DNA of 63,664 nt, filler included, from Octopus bimaculoides (taxonomy: Eukaryota): the NCBI RefSeq assembly GCF_001194135.2. It is 6 parts of 6 records of this genome, joined end to end, with 100 filler letters (N's around TTAATTAATTAA, not from the genome) between each part and the next. Parts side by side here need not be neighbours in the genome. Positions count along the whole stretch, not along the records: positions 61,637 to 63,664 come from NW_026402077.1; 5 more parts are not named here. One strand, given 5' to 3'. A program made the translations under genes and the position numbers. Shown piece by piece: positions 63,624 to 63,664 of the stretch. Under the pieces are notes generated by a model that saw only the letters and a list, made by a program, of their open reading frames with translations, searched no databases and had not been told where the DNA came from. Positions within the stretch are counted from its first letter, which is position 1; the number at the start of each line of letters is the position of its first letter.

Positions 63624-63664
<41 letters not shown>

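Overview
AT-rich, microsatellite- and gap-rich animal genomic DNA. I infer a coleoid cephalopod, most likely Octopus, from the SINE/RTE repeat families and microsatellite content; this was not confirmed by a search. Two genes are supported. (1) The first coding exon of mitochondrial sulfide:quinone oxidoreductase (SQOR; minus strand, 701-898), which continues off the left edge. (2) An unannotated plus-strand immunoglobulin-superfamily gene, seen as two clean phase-1/phase-1 Ig-domain exons (41698-41979, 45708-46019). The rest is a layered transposon record: DD37D maT and mariner DNA transposons, Tigger/pogo, Helitron helicase, RTE LINEs, R4/Dong-like RLE LINEs sitting in (TAA)n, Penelope-like fragments, three tRNA-SINE families and a MITE. 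The most interesting architecture is around the Ig gene. Its two symmetric exons (594 nt, no stop when joined in a circle) are bracketed by two ~2.5-kb inverted RTE copies, with a 172-bp palindrome in the intron between them. That layout would favour back-splicing and ADAR editing. Other leads: a 71-bp inverted templated insertion, SINE multimers with identical junctions, a possible eroded ankyrin-repeat relic and a CpG-depletion mosaic implying a hidden gene body. All protein assignments are by-eye motif recognition, not database hits, and all counts are hand counts.
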